Shown piece after piece: positions 1 to 13,439 of a stretch of DNA of 64,000 nt. The notes beneath the pieces were generated by a model. The model searched no databases, had not been told where the DNA came from, and saw only the letters and a list, made by a program, of their open reading frames with translations. Made by a program: the position numbers and the translations under genes. This DNA is from Balanoglossus misakiensis (lineage: Eukaryota; Animalia; Hemichordata). Every line of letters starts with the position of its first letter. Position 1 is the stretch's first letter. Location: contig CM082591.2 of NCBI GenBank assembly GCA_040954595.2, positions 11,425,309-11,489,308 of the forward strand. The letters run 5' to 3'.

Positions 1-559
1 CTTAAATAAACGAGGCTGTGTTTGGAAGCAACCATGGAAAGATTAGAACTATCCGTCGATCTACAGAGTCTAGTGGAAAACTTTCTTATGCGCATAGGTC
101 TATCGTGTGTTCTGCGAATCACAACAGATTTCCTCAAATAAACGAGGGTGTGTTTGGAAGCAACCATGGAAATTTTAGAACTATCCGTCGATCTACAGAG
201 TCGAGTGGAAAACTTCCTTAAGCGCATAGGCCTATCATGTGTCCTGCGCATCACAACAGAATTCAATTTATAAACGTGGCTGTGTTTGGAAGCAACCATG
301 GAAATTTAGAACTATCTGTCCATCTACAGTGGAAAACTTCCTTATGCGCATAGGCCTATCATATGTCCTGCGCATCACAACAGAATTCAATTAATAAACG
401 TGGCTGTGTTTGGAAGCAACCATGGAAATTTTAGAACTATCTGTCGATCTACCGAGTCTATCAGAAAACTTTCTCATGCGCATAGGTCTATCGTGTGTTC
501 TGCGAATCACAACAGATTTCCTCAAATAAACGAGGCTGTGTTTGGAAGCATCCATGGGA

Positions 560-2440
560 ATTTTAGAACTATCCGTCGATCTACTGAGTCTAGTGGAAAA
601 CTTTCTGATGCGCATAGGCCTGTCATGTGTTTTGCGCATCACAACAGAATTAAATTAATAAACGTAGCTGTGTTTGGAAGCAACCATGGAAATTTTAGAA
701 CTATCCGTCGATCTACTGAGTCTAGTGGAAAACTTTCTGATGCGCATAGGCCTATCATGTGTTTTGCGCATCACAACAGAATTAAATTAATAAACGTAGC
801 TGTGTTTGGAAGCAACCATGGAAATTTTAGAACTATCCGTCGATCTACTGAGTCTAGTGGAAAACTTTCTTATGCGCATAGGCCTATCATGTGTTCTGCG
901 CATCACAACAGAATTTTATAAACAAACGAGGCTGTGTTTGGAAGCAACCAAGGAAATTTTAGAACTATCCGTCGATCTACTGAGTCTAGTGGAAAACTTT
1001 CTTAAGCGCATAGGCCTATCTATGTGTTCTGCGCATCACAACAGAATTTTGTAAACAAACGAGGATGTGTCTGGAAGCAACCATGGAAACTTTAGAACTA
1101 TCCGTCAATCTACAGAGTCTAGTAGAAAACTTTCTTATCCTCATAGGCCTATCATGTGTTCTGCGCATCACAACAGAATTTGGTAAACAAACAAGGCTGT
1201 GTTTGGAAGCAACCATGGAAACTTTAGAACTATCCGTCGATCTACAGAGTCTAGTGGAAAACTTCCTTATGCGCATAGGCTTATCTATGTGTACTACGCA
1301 TCACAACAGAATTCGGTTAATAAACGAGGCTGTGTTTGGAAGCAATCATGGAAATTTTAGAACTATCCGTCGATCTACACAGTCTAGTGGAAAACTTTCT
1401 TATGCGCATAGACCTATCATATGTTCTGCGCATCACAACAGAATTTTGTAAAGAAACGAGGCTGTGTTTGGAAGCAACCATGGAAACTTTAGAACTATCC
1501 GTCGATCTACTGAGTCCAGTGGAAAACTTTTTTATGCGCATAGGCCTATCATGTATTCTGCGCATCACAACAGATTTTCTTAAACAACGAGGCTGTGTTT
1601 GGAAGCAACCATGGAAATTTTAGAACTATCCGTCGATCTACTGAGTCTAGTGGAAAACTTTCTGATGCGCATAGGCCTGTCATGTGTTTTGCGCATCACA
1701 ACAGAATTAAATTAATAAACGTAGCTGTGTTTGGAAGCAACCATGGAAATTTTAGAACTATCCGTCGATCTACTGAGTCTAGTGGAAAACTTTCTGATGC
1801 GCATAGGCCTATCATGTGTTTTGCGCATCACAACAGAATTAAATTAATAAACGTAGCTGTGTTTGGAAGCAACCATGGAAATTTTAGAACTATCCGTCGA
1901 TCTACTGAGTCTAGTGGAAAACTTTCTTATGCGCATAGGCCTATCATGTGTTCTGCGCATCACAACAGAATTTTATAAACAAACGAGGCTGTGTTTGGAA
2001 GCAACCAAGGAAATTTTAGAACTATCCGTCGATCTACTGAGTCTAGTGGAAAACTTTCTTAAGCGCATAGGCCTATCTATGTGTTCTGCGCATCACAACA
2101 GAATTTTGTAAACAAACGAGGATGTGTCTGGAAGCAACCATGGAAACTTTAGAACTATCCGTCAATCTACAGAGTCTAGTAGAAAACTTTCTTATCCTCA
2201 TAGGCCTATCATGTGTTCTGCGCATCACAACAGAATTTGGTAAACAAACAAGGCTGTGTTTGGAAGCAACCATGGAAACTTTAGAACTATCCGTCGATCT
2301 ACAGAGTCTAGTGGAAAACTTCCTTATGCGCATAGGCTTATCTATGTGTACTACGCATCACAACAGAATTCGGTTAATAAACGAGGCTGTGTTTGGAAGC
2401 AATCATGGAAATTTTAGAACTATCCGTCGATCTACACAGT
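560..2440 (+). repeat. 8-monomer HOR, period 1057 bp (~1.8 copies)
   Basis: ORF pairs 806/1863, 1016/2073 and 1065/2122 are each offset by 1057. Shared rare variants include GAATTTTATAAAC, AACCAAGG and GGCCTGTCATG. Confidence 0.85.
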
Positions 2441-3372
2441 CTTGTGGAAAACTTTCTTATGCGCATAGGCTTATCTATGTGTTCTACGCATCACAACAGA
2501 ATTCGGTAAATAAACGAGGCTGTGTTTGGAAGCAACCATGGAAATTTTAGAACTATCCGTCCATCTACAGATTCTAGTGGAAAACTTCCTTATGCGCTTA
2601 GGCCTATCATGTGTCCTGCGCATCACAACAGAATTCAATTAATAAACGTGGCTGTGTTTGGAAGCAACCATGGAAATTTTAGAACTATCTGTCGATCTAC
2701 CGAGTCTATCAGAAAACTTTCTCATGCGCATAGGTCTATCGTGTGTTCTGCGAATCACAACAGAATTTTGAAAACAAACGAGGCTGTGTTTGGAAGCAAC
2801 CATGGAAACTTTAGAACTATCCGTCGATCTACAGAGTCTAGTGGAAAACTTCCTTATGCGCATAGGCTTATCTATGTGTACTACGCATCACAACAGAATT
2901 CGGTTAATAAACGAGGCTGTGTTTGGAAGCAATCATGGAAATTTTAGAACTATCCGTCGATCTACACAGTCTTGTGGAAAACTTTCTTATGCGCATAGGC
3001 TTATCTATGTGTTCTACGCATCACAACAGAATTCGGTAAATAAACGAGGCTGTGTTTGGAAGCAACCATGGAAATTTTAGAACTATCCGTCCATCTACAG
3101 ATTCTAGTGGAAAACTTCCTTATGCGCTTAGGCCTATCATGTGTCCTGCGCATCACAACAGAATTCAATTAATAAACGTGGCTGTGTTTGGAAGCAACCA
3201 TGGAAATTTTAGAACTATCTGTCGATCTACCGAGTCTATCAGAAAACTTTCTCATGCGCATAGGTCTATCGTGTGTTCTGCGAATCACAACAGAATTTTG
3301 AAAACAAACGAGGCTGTGTTTGGAAGCAACCATGGAAACTTTAGAACTATCCGTCGATCTACAGAGTCTAGT
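2252..3372 (+). repeat. 4-monomer HOR, period 530 bp (2 copies)
   Basis: ORFs 2522/3052 are offset by 530. The variants CACAGTCTTGTGG, ACAGATTCTAG and TTTTGAAAAC repeat at the same spacing. Confidence 0.85.
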
Positions 3373-6300
3373 GAAAAGTTTCTTATGCGCATAGACCTAT
3401 CATATGTTCTGCGCATCACAACAGAATTTTGTAAACAAACGAGGCTGTGTTTGGAAGCAACCATGGAAACTTTAGAACTATCCGTCGATCTACTGAGTCT
3501 AGTGGAAAACTTTCTTATGCGCAAAGGCCTATCATGTGTTTTGCGCATCACAACAGAATTAAATTAATAAACGTAGCTGTGTTTAGAAGCAACAATGGAA
3601 ATTTTAGAACTATCCGTCGATCTACTGAGTCTAGTGGAAAACTTTCTGATGCGCATAGGCCTATCATGTGTTTTGCGCATCACAACAGAATTAAATTAAT
3701 AAACGTAGCTGTGTTTGGAAGCAACCATGGAAATTTTAGAACTATCCGTGGATCTACTGAGTCTACTGGAAAACTTTCTTATGCGCATAGGCCTATCATG
3801 TGTTCTGCGCATCACAACATAATTTTGTAAACAAACGAGGATGTGTTTGGAAGCAACCATGGAAACAGAATTTTGTAAACAAACGTGGCTGTGTTTGGAA
3901 GCAACCATGGAAACTTTAGAACTATCCGTCGATCTACAGAGTCTAGTGGAAAACTTTCTTATGCGCATAGGCATATCTATGTGTTCTGCGCATCACAACA
4001 GAATTCGGTAAATAAACGAGGGTGTGTTTGGAAGCAACCATGGAAATTTTAGAACTATCCGTCCATCTACCGAGTCTATCAGAAAACTTTCTCATGCGCA
4101 TAGGTCTATCGTGTGTTCTGCGAATCACAACAGAATTTTGAAAACAAACGAGGCTGTGTTTGGAAGCAACCATGGAAACTTTAGAACTATCCGTCGATCT
4201 ACAGAGTCTAGTGAAAAGTTTCTTATGCGCATAGACCTATCATATGTTCTGCGCATCACAACAGAATTTTGTAAACAAACGAGGCTGTGTTTGGAAGCAA
4301 CCATGGAAACTTTAGAACTATCCGTCGATCTACTGAGTCTAGTGGAAAACTTTCTTAAGCGCATAGGCCTATCTATGTGTTCTGCGCATCACAACAGAAT
4401 TTTGTAAACAAACGAGGATGTGTCTGGAAGCAACCATGGAAACTTTAGAACTATCCGTCAATCTACAGAGTCTAGTAGAAAACTTTCTTATCCTCATAGG
4501 CCTATCTATGTGTTCTGCGCATCACAACAGAATTTGGTAAACAAACAAGGCTGTGTTTGGAAGCAACCATGGAAACTTTAGAACTATCCGTCGATCTACA
4601 GAGTCTAGTGGAAAACTTCCTTATGCGCATAGGCTTATCTATGTGTACTACGCATCACAACAGAATTCGGTTAATAAACGAGGCTGTGTTTGGAAGCAAT
4701 CATGGAAATTTTAGAACTATCCGTCGATCTACACAGTCTTGTGGAAAACTTTCTTATGCGCATAGGCTTATCCATGTGTTCTACGCATCACAACAGAATT
4801 CGGTAAATAAACGAGGCTGTGTTTGGAAGCAACCATGGAAATTTTAGAACTATCCGTCCATCTACAGATTCTAGTGGAAAACTTCCTTATGCGCTTAGGC
4901 CTATCATGTGTCCTGCGCATCACAACAGAATTCAATTAATAAACGTGGCTGTGTTTGGAAGCAACCATGGAAATTTTAGAACTATCTGTCGATCTACCGA
5001 GTCTATCAGAAAACTTTCTCATGCGCATAGGTCTATCGTGTGTTCTGCGAATCACAACAGAATTTTGAAAACAAACGAGGCTGTGTTTGGAAGCAACCAT
5101 GGAAACTTTAGAACTATCCGTCGATCTACAGAGTCTAGTGAAAAGTTTCTTATGCGCATAGACCTATCATATGTTCTGCGCATCACAACAGAATTTTCTA
5201 AACAAACGAGGCTGTGTTTGGAAGCAACCATGGAAACTTTAGAACTATCCGTCGATCTACTGAGTCTAGTGGAAAACTTTCTTATGCGCAAAGGCCTATC
5301 ATGTGTTTTGCGCATCACAACAGAATTAAATTAATAAACGTAGCTGTGTTTAGAAGCAACAATGGAAATTTTAGAACTATCCGTCGATCTACTGAGTCTA
5401 GTGGAAAACTTTCTGATGCGCATAGGCCTATCATGTGTTTTGCGCATCACAACAGAATTAAATTAATAAACGTAGCTGTGTTTGGAAGCAACCATGGAAA
5501 TTTTAGAACTATCCGTGGATCTACTGAGTCTACTGGAAAACTTTCTTATGCGCATAGGCCTATCATGTGTTCTGCGCATCACAACATAATTTTGTAAACA
5601 AACGAGGATGTGTTTGGAAGCAACCATGGAAACAGAATTTTGTAAACAAACGTGGCTGTGTTTGGAAGCAACCATGGAAACTTTAGAACTATCCGTCGAT
5701 CTACAGAGTCTAGTGGAAAACTTTCTTATGCGCATAGGCATATCTATGTGTTCTGCGCATCACAACAGAATTCGGTAAATAAACGAGGGTGTGTTTGGAA
5801 GCAACCATGGAAATTTTAGAACTATCCGTCCATCTACCGAGTCTATCAGAAAACTTTCTCATGCGCATAGGTCTATCGTGTGTTCTGCGAATCACAACAG
5901 AATTTTGAAAACAAACGAGGCTGTGTTTGGAAGCAACCATGGAAACTTTAGAACTATCCGTCGATCTACAGAGTCTAGTGAAAAGTTTCTTATGCGCATA
6001 GACCTATCATATGTTCTGCGCATCACAACAGAATTTTGTAAACAAACGAGGCTGTGTTTGGAAGCAACCATGGAAACTTTAGAACTATCCGTCGATCTAC
6101 TGAGTCTAGTGGAAAACTTTCTTAAGCGCATAGGCCTATCTATGTGTTCTGCGCATCACAACAGAATTTTGTAAACAAACGAGGATGTCTCTGGAAGCAA
6201 CCATGGAAACTTTAGAACTATCCGTCAATCTACAGAGTCTAGTAGAAAACTTTCTTATCCTCATAGGCCTATCATGTGTTCAGCGCATCACAACAGAATT

Positions 6301-7603
6301 TGGTAAACAAACAAGGCTGTGTTTGGAAGCAACCATGGAAACTTTAGAACTATCCGTCGATCTACAGAGTCTAGTGGAAAACTTCCTTATGCGCATAGGC
6401 TTATATATGTGTACTACGCATCACAACAGAATTCGGTTAATAAACGAGGCTGTGTTTGGAAGCAATCATGGAAATTTTAGAACTATCCGTCGATCTACAC
6501 AGTCTAGTGGAAAACTTTCTTATGCGCATAGGCTTATCTATGTGTTCTACGCATCACAACAGAATTCGGTAAATAAACGAGGCTGTGTTTGGAAGCAACC
6601 ATGGAAATTTTAGAACTATCCGTCCATCTACAGATTCTAGTGGAAAACTTCCTTATGCGCTTAGGCCTATCATGTGTCCTGCGCATCACAACAGAATTCA
6701 ATTAATAAACGTGGCTGTGTTTGGAAGCAACCATGGAAATTTTAGAACTATCTGTCGATCTACCGAGTCTATCAGAAAACTTTCTCATGCGCATAGGTCT
6801 ATCGTGTGTTCTGCGAATCACAACAGAATTTTGAAAACAAACGAGGCTGTGTTTGGAAGCAACCATGGAAACTTTAGAACTATCCGTCGATCTACAGAGT
6901 CTAGTGAAAAGTTTCTTATGCGCATAGACCTATCATATGTTCTGCGCATCACAACAGAATTTTGTAAACAAACGAGGCTGTGTTTGGAAGCAACCATGGA
7001 AACTTTAGAACTATCCGTCGATCTACTGAGTCTAGTGGAAAACTTTCTTATGCGCAAAGGCCTATCATGTGTTTTGCGCATCACAACAGAATTAAATTAA
7101 TAAACGTAGCTGTGTTTAGAAGCAACAATGGAAATTTTAGAACTATCCGTCGATCTACTGAGTCTAGTGGAAAACTTTCTGATGCGCATAGGCCTATCAT
7201 GTGTTTTGCGCATCACAACAGAATTAAATTAATAAACGAAGCTGTGTTTGGAAGCAACCATGGAAATTTTAGAACTATCCGTGGATCTACTGAGTCTAGT
7301 GGAAAACTTTCTTATGCGCATAGGCCTATCATGTGTTCTGCGCATCACAACATAATTTTGTAAACAAACGAGGATGTGTTTGGAAGCAACCATGGAAACA
7401 GAATTTTGTAAACAAACGTGGCTGTGTTTGGAAGCAACCATGGAAACTTTAGAACTATCCGTCGATCTACAGAGTCTAGTGGAAAACTTTCTTATGCGCA
7501 TAGGCATATCTATGTGTTCTGCGCATCACAACAGAATTCGGTAAATAAACGAGGGTGTGTTTGGAAGCAACCATGGAAATTTTAGAACTATCCGTCCATC
7601 TAC
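2782..7603 (+). repeat. 14-unit HOR (13 full monomers + one 48-bp truncated monomer), period 1766-1767 bp (~2.7 copies)
   Basis: ORF series 3052/4819/6585, 3447/5214/6980 and 3696/5463/7229. The truncated monomer starts at 3839, 5606 and 7372. Confidence 0.92.
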
Positions 7604-10310
7604 AGAGTCTAGTGGAAAACTTTCTTATGCGCATAGGCTTATCTATGTGTTCTACGCATCACAACAGAATTCGGTAAATAAACGAGGCTGTGTTTGGAAG
7701 CAACCATGGAAATTTTAGAACTATCCGTCCATCTACAGAGTCTAGTGGAAAACTTCCTTATGCGCTTAGGCCTATCATGTGTCCTGCGCATCACAACAGA
7801 ATTCAATTAATAAACGTGGCTGTATTTGGAAGCAACCATGGAAATTTTAGAACTATCCGTCGATCTACAGAGTGTAGACGAAAACTTCCTTATGCGCATA
7901 GACCTATCATATGTTCTGCGCATCACAACAGAATTTTGTAAACAAACGAGGCTGTGTTTGGAAGCAACCATGGAAACTTTAGAACTATCCGTCGATCTAC
8001 TGAGTCTAGTGGAAAACTTTCTTAAGCGCATAGGCCTATCTATGTGTTCTGCGCATCACAACAGAATTTTGTAAACAAACGAGGATGTGTCTGGAAGCAA
8101 CCATGGAAACTTTAGAACTATCCGTCAATCTACAGAGTCTAGTAGAAAACTTTCTTATCCTCATAGGCCTATCATGTGTTCAGCGCATCACAACAGAATT
8201 TGGTAAACAAACAAGGCTGTGTTTGGAAGCAACCATGGAAACTTTAGAACTATCCGTCGATCTACAGAGTCTAGTGGAAAACTTCCTTATGCGCATAGGC
8301 TTATCTATGTGTACTACGCATCACAACAGAATTCGGTTAATAAACGAGGCTGTGTTTGGAAGCAATCATGGAAATTTTAGAACTATCCGTCGATCTACAC
8401 AGTCTAGTGGAAAACTTTCTTATGCGCATAGACCTATCATATGTTCTGCGCATCACAACAGAATTTTGTAAAGAAACGAGGCTGTGTTTGGAAGCAACCA
8501 TGGAAACTTTAGAACTATCCGTCGATCTACTGAGTCTAGTGGAAAACTTTTTTATGCGCATAGGCCTATCATGTGTTTTGCGCATCACAACAGAATTCAA
8601 TTAATAAACGTAGCTGTGTTTGGAAGCAACCATGGAAATTTTAGAACTATCCGTCGATCTACTGAGTCTAGTGGAAAACTTTCTTATGCGCATAGGCCTA
8701 TCATGTGTTCTGCGCATCACAACAGAATTTTGTAAACAAACGAGGCTGTGTTTGGAAGCAACCATGGAAATTTTAGAACTATCCGTCGATCTACAGAGTC
8801 TAGTGGAAAACTTCCTTATGCGCATAGGCTTATCTATGTGTACTACGCATCACAACAGAATTCGGTTAATAAACGAGGCTGTGTTTGGAAGCAATCATGG
8901 AAATTTTAGAACTATCCGTCGATCTACACAGTCTAGTGGAAAACTTTCTTATGCGCATAGGCTTATCTATGTGTTCTACGCATCACAACAGAATTCGGTA
9001 AATAAACGAGGCTGTGTTTGGAAGCAACCATGGAAATTTTAGAACTATCCGTCCATCTACAGATTCTAGTGGAAAACTTCCTTATGCGCTTAGGCCTATC
9101 ATGTGTCCTGCGCATCACAACAGAATTCAATTAATAAACGTGGCTGTGTTTGGAAGCAACCATGGAAATTTTAGAACTATCTGTCGATCTACCGAGTCTA
9201 TCAGAAAACTTTCTCATGCGCATAGGTCTATCGTGTGTTCTGCGAATCACAACAGAATTTTGAAAACAAACGAGGCTGTGTTTGGAAGCAACCATGGAAA
9301 CTTTAGAACTATCCGTCGATCTACAGAGTCTAGTGAAAAGTTTCTTATGCGCATAGACCTATCATATGTTCTGCGCATCACAACAGAATTTTGTAAACAA
9401 ACGAGGCTGTGTTTGGAAGCAACCATGGAAACTTTAGAACTATCCGTCGATCTACTGAGTCTAGTGGAAAACTTTCTTATGCGCAAAGGCCTATCATGTG
9501 TTTTGCGCATCACAACAGAATTAAATTAATAAACGTAGCTGTGTTTAGAAGCAACAATGGAAATTTTAGAACTATCCGTCGATCTACTGAGTCTAGTGGA
9601 AAACTTTCTGATGCGCATAGGCCTATCATGTGTTTTGCGCATCACAACAGAATTAAATTAATAAACGTAGCTGTGTTTGGAAGCAACCATGGAAATTTTA
9701 GAACTATCCGTGGATCTACTGAGTCTAGTGGAAAACTTTCTTATGCGCATAGGCCTATCATGTGTTCTGCGCATCACAACATAATTTTGTAAACAAACGA
9801 GGATGTGTTTGGAAGCAACCATGGAAACAGAATTTTGTAAACAAACGTGGCTGTGTTTGGAAGCAACCATGGAAACTTTAGAACTATCCGTCGATCTACA
9901 GAGTCTAGTGGAAAACTTTCTTATGCGCATAGGCATATCTATGTGTTCTGCGCATCACAACAGAATTCGGTAAATAAACGAGGGTGTGTTTGGAAGCAAC
10001 CATGGAAATTTTAGAACTATCCGTCCATCTACAGAGTCTAGTGGAAAACTTTCTTATGCGCATAGGCTTATCTATGTGTTCTACGCATCACAACAGAATT
10101 CGGTAAATAAACGAGGCTGTGTTTGGAAGCAACCATGGAAATTTTAGAACTATCCGTCCATCTACAGAGTCTAGTGGAAAACTTCCTTATGCGCTTAGGC
10201 CTATCATGTGTCCTGCGCATCACAACAGAATTCAATTAATAAACGTGGCTGTATTTGGAAGCAACCATGGAAATTTTAGAACTATCCGTCGATCTACAGA
10301 GTGTAGTCGA
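6350..10310 (+). repeat. Expanded derivative of the previous HOR, offset 2429 bp (19 units)
   Basis: ORF pairs 6585/9014, 7229/9658 and 7690/10119 are offset by 2429. The fourth 48-bp monomer is at 9801. Confidence 0.85.
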
Positions 10311-13300
10311 AAACTTCCTTATGCGCATAGACCTATCATGTGTTCTGCGCATCACAACAGAATTTTGTAAACAAACGAGGCTGTGTTTGGAAGCAACCAT
10401 GGAAACTTTAGAACTATCCGTCGATCTATAGAGTCTAGTGGAAAACTTTTTTATGCGCATAGGCCTATCATGTATTCTGCGCATAACAACAGATTTCCTT
10501 AAATAACGAGGCTGTGTTTGGAAGCAACCATGGAAATTTTAGAACTATCCGTCGATCTACTGAGTCTAGTGGAAAACTTTCTTATGCGCATAGGCCTATC
10601 ATGTGTTTTGCGCATCACAACAGAATTAAATTAATAAACGTAGCTGTGTTTGGAAGCAACCATGGAAATTTTAGAACAATCCGTCGATCTACTGAGTCTA
10701 GTGGAAAATTTTCTGATGCGCATAGGCCTATCATGTGTTTTGCGCATCACAACAGAATTAAATTAATAAACGTAGCTGTGTTTGGAAGCAACCATGGAAA
10801 TTTTAGAACTATCCGTCGATCTACTGAGTCTAGTGGAAAACTTTCTTATGCGCATAGGCCTATCATGTGTTCTGCGCATCACAACAGAATTTTGTAAACA
10901 AACGAGGCTGTGTTTGGAAGCAACCATGGAAATTTTAGAACTATCCGTCGATCTACTGAGTCTAGTGGAAAACTTTCTTAAGCGCATTGGCCTATCTATG
11001 TGTTCTGCGCATCACAACAGAATTCGGTAAATAAACGAGGGTGTGTTTGGAAGCATCCATGGAAATTTTAGAACTATCCGTCCATCTACAGAGTCTAGTG
11101 GAAAACCTTCTTATGCGCATAGACCTATCATGTGTTCTGCGCATCACAACAGAATTTTGTAAACAAACGAGGCTGTGTTTGGAAGCAACCATGGAAGCTT
11201 TAGAACTATCCGTCGATCTACAGAGTCTAGTGGAAAACTTTCTTATGCGCATAGACCTATCATATGTTCTGCGCATCACAACAGAATTTTGTAAACAAAC
11301 GAGGCTGTGTTTGGAAGCAACCATGGAAACTTTAGAACTATCCGTCGATCTACAGAGTCTAGTGGAAAACTTTTTTATGCGCATAGGCCTATCATGTATT
11401 CTGCGCATCACAACAGATTTCCTTAAATAACGAGGCTGTGTTTGGAAGCAACCATGGAAATTTTAGAACTATCCGTCGATCTACTGAGTCTAGTGGAAAA
11501 CTTTCTTATGCGCATAGACCTATCATGTGTTCTGCGCATCACAACAGAATTTTGTAAACAAACGAGGCTGTGTTTGGAAGCAACCATGGAAACTTTAGAA
11601 CTATCCGTCGATCTATAGAGTCTAGTGGAAAACTTTTTTATGCGCATAGGCCTATCATGTATTCTGCGCATAACAACAGATTTCCTTAAATAACGAGGCT
11701 GTGTTTGGAAGCATCTATGGAAATTTTAAAACTATCCGTCGATCTACTGAGTCTAGTGGAAAACTTTCTTATGCGCATAGGCCTATCATGTATTCTGCGC
11801 ATCACAACAGATTTCCTTAAATAACGAGGCTGTGTTTGGAAGCAACCATGGAAATTTTAGAACTATCCGTCGATCTACTGAGTCTAGTGGAAAACTTTCT
11901 TATGCGCATAGGCCTATCATGTGTTTTGCGCATCACAACAGAATTAAATTAATAAACGTAGATGTGTTTGGAAGCAACCATGGAAATTTTAGAACTATCC
12001 GTCGATCTACTGAGTCTAGTGGAAAACTTTCTGATGCGCATAGGCCTATCATGTGTTTTGCGCATCACAACAGAATTAAATTAATAAACGTAGCTGTGTT
12101 TGGAAGCAACCATGGAAATTTTAGAACTATCCGTCGATCTACTGAGTCTAGTGGAAAACTTTCTTATGCGCATAGGCCTATCATGTGTCCTGCGCATCAC
12201 AACAGAATTCAATTAATAAACGTGGCTGTGTTTGAAGCAACCATGGAAATTTTAGAACTATCCGTCGATCTACAGAGTGTAGTCGAAAACTTTCTTATGC
12301 GCATAGACCTATCATGTGTTCTGCGCATCACAACAGAATTTTGTAAACAAACGAGGCTGTGTTTGGAAGCAACCATGGAAGCTTTAGAACTATCCGTCGA
12401 TCTACAGAGTCAAGTGGAAAACTTTCTTATGCGCATAGACCTATCATATGTTCTGCTCATCACAACAGAATTTTGTAAACAAACGAGGCTGTGTTTGGAA
12501 GCAACCATGGAAACTTTAGAACTATCCGTCGATCTACAGAGTCTAGTGGAAAACTTTTTTATGCGCATAGGCCTATCATGTATTCTGCGCATCACAACAG
12601 ATTTCCTTAAATAACGAGGCTGTGTTTGGAAGCAACCATGGAAATTTTAGAACTATCCGTCGATCTACTGAGTCTAGTGGAAAACTTTCTTATGCGCATA
12701 GGCCTATCATGTGTTTTGCGCATCACAACAGAATTAAATTAATAAACGTAGCTGTGTTTGGAAGCAACCATGGAAATTTTAGAACTATCCGTCGATCTAC
12801 TGAGTCTAGTGGAAAACTTTTTGATGCGCATAGGCCTATCATGTGTTTTGCGCATCACAACAGAATTAAATTAATAAACGTAGCTGTGTTTGGAAGCAAC
12901 CATGGAAATTTTAGAACTATCCGTCGATCTACTGAGTCTAGTGGAAATCTTTCTTATGCGCATAGGCCTATCATGTGTTCTGCGCATTACAACAGAATTT
13001 TGTAAACAAACGAGGCTGTGTTTGGAAGCAACCATGGAAATTTTAGAACTATCCGTCGATCTACTGAGTCTAGTGGAAAACTTTCTTAAGCGCATGGCCT
13101 ATCTATGTGTTCTGCGCATCACAACAGAATTCGGTAAATAAACGAGGGTGTGTTTGGAAGCATCCATGGAAATTTTAGAACTGTCCGTCCATCTACAGAG
13201 TCTAGTGGAAAACCTTCTTATGCGCATAGACCTATCATGTGTTCTGCGCATCACAACAGAATTTTGTAAACAAACGAGGCTGTGTTTGGAAGCAACCATG

Positions 13301-13439
13301 GAAGCTTTAGAACTATCCGTCGATCTACAGAGTCTAGTGGAAAACTTTCTTATGCACATAGACCTATCATATGTTCTGCGCATCACAACAGAATTTTGTA
13401 AACAAACGAGGCTGTGTTTGGAAGCAACCATGGAAACTT

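Noticed and set aside
650-665. AATAAA polyadenylation-like and AT-rich promoter-like motifs in B/C/D subtypes
   Set aside because: These are short motifs expected in AT-rich repeat variants, and there is no associated gene or transcript evidence.
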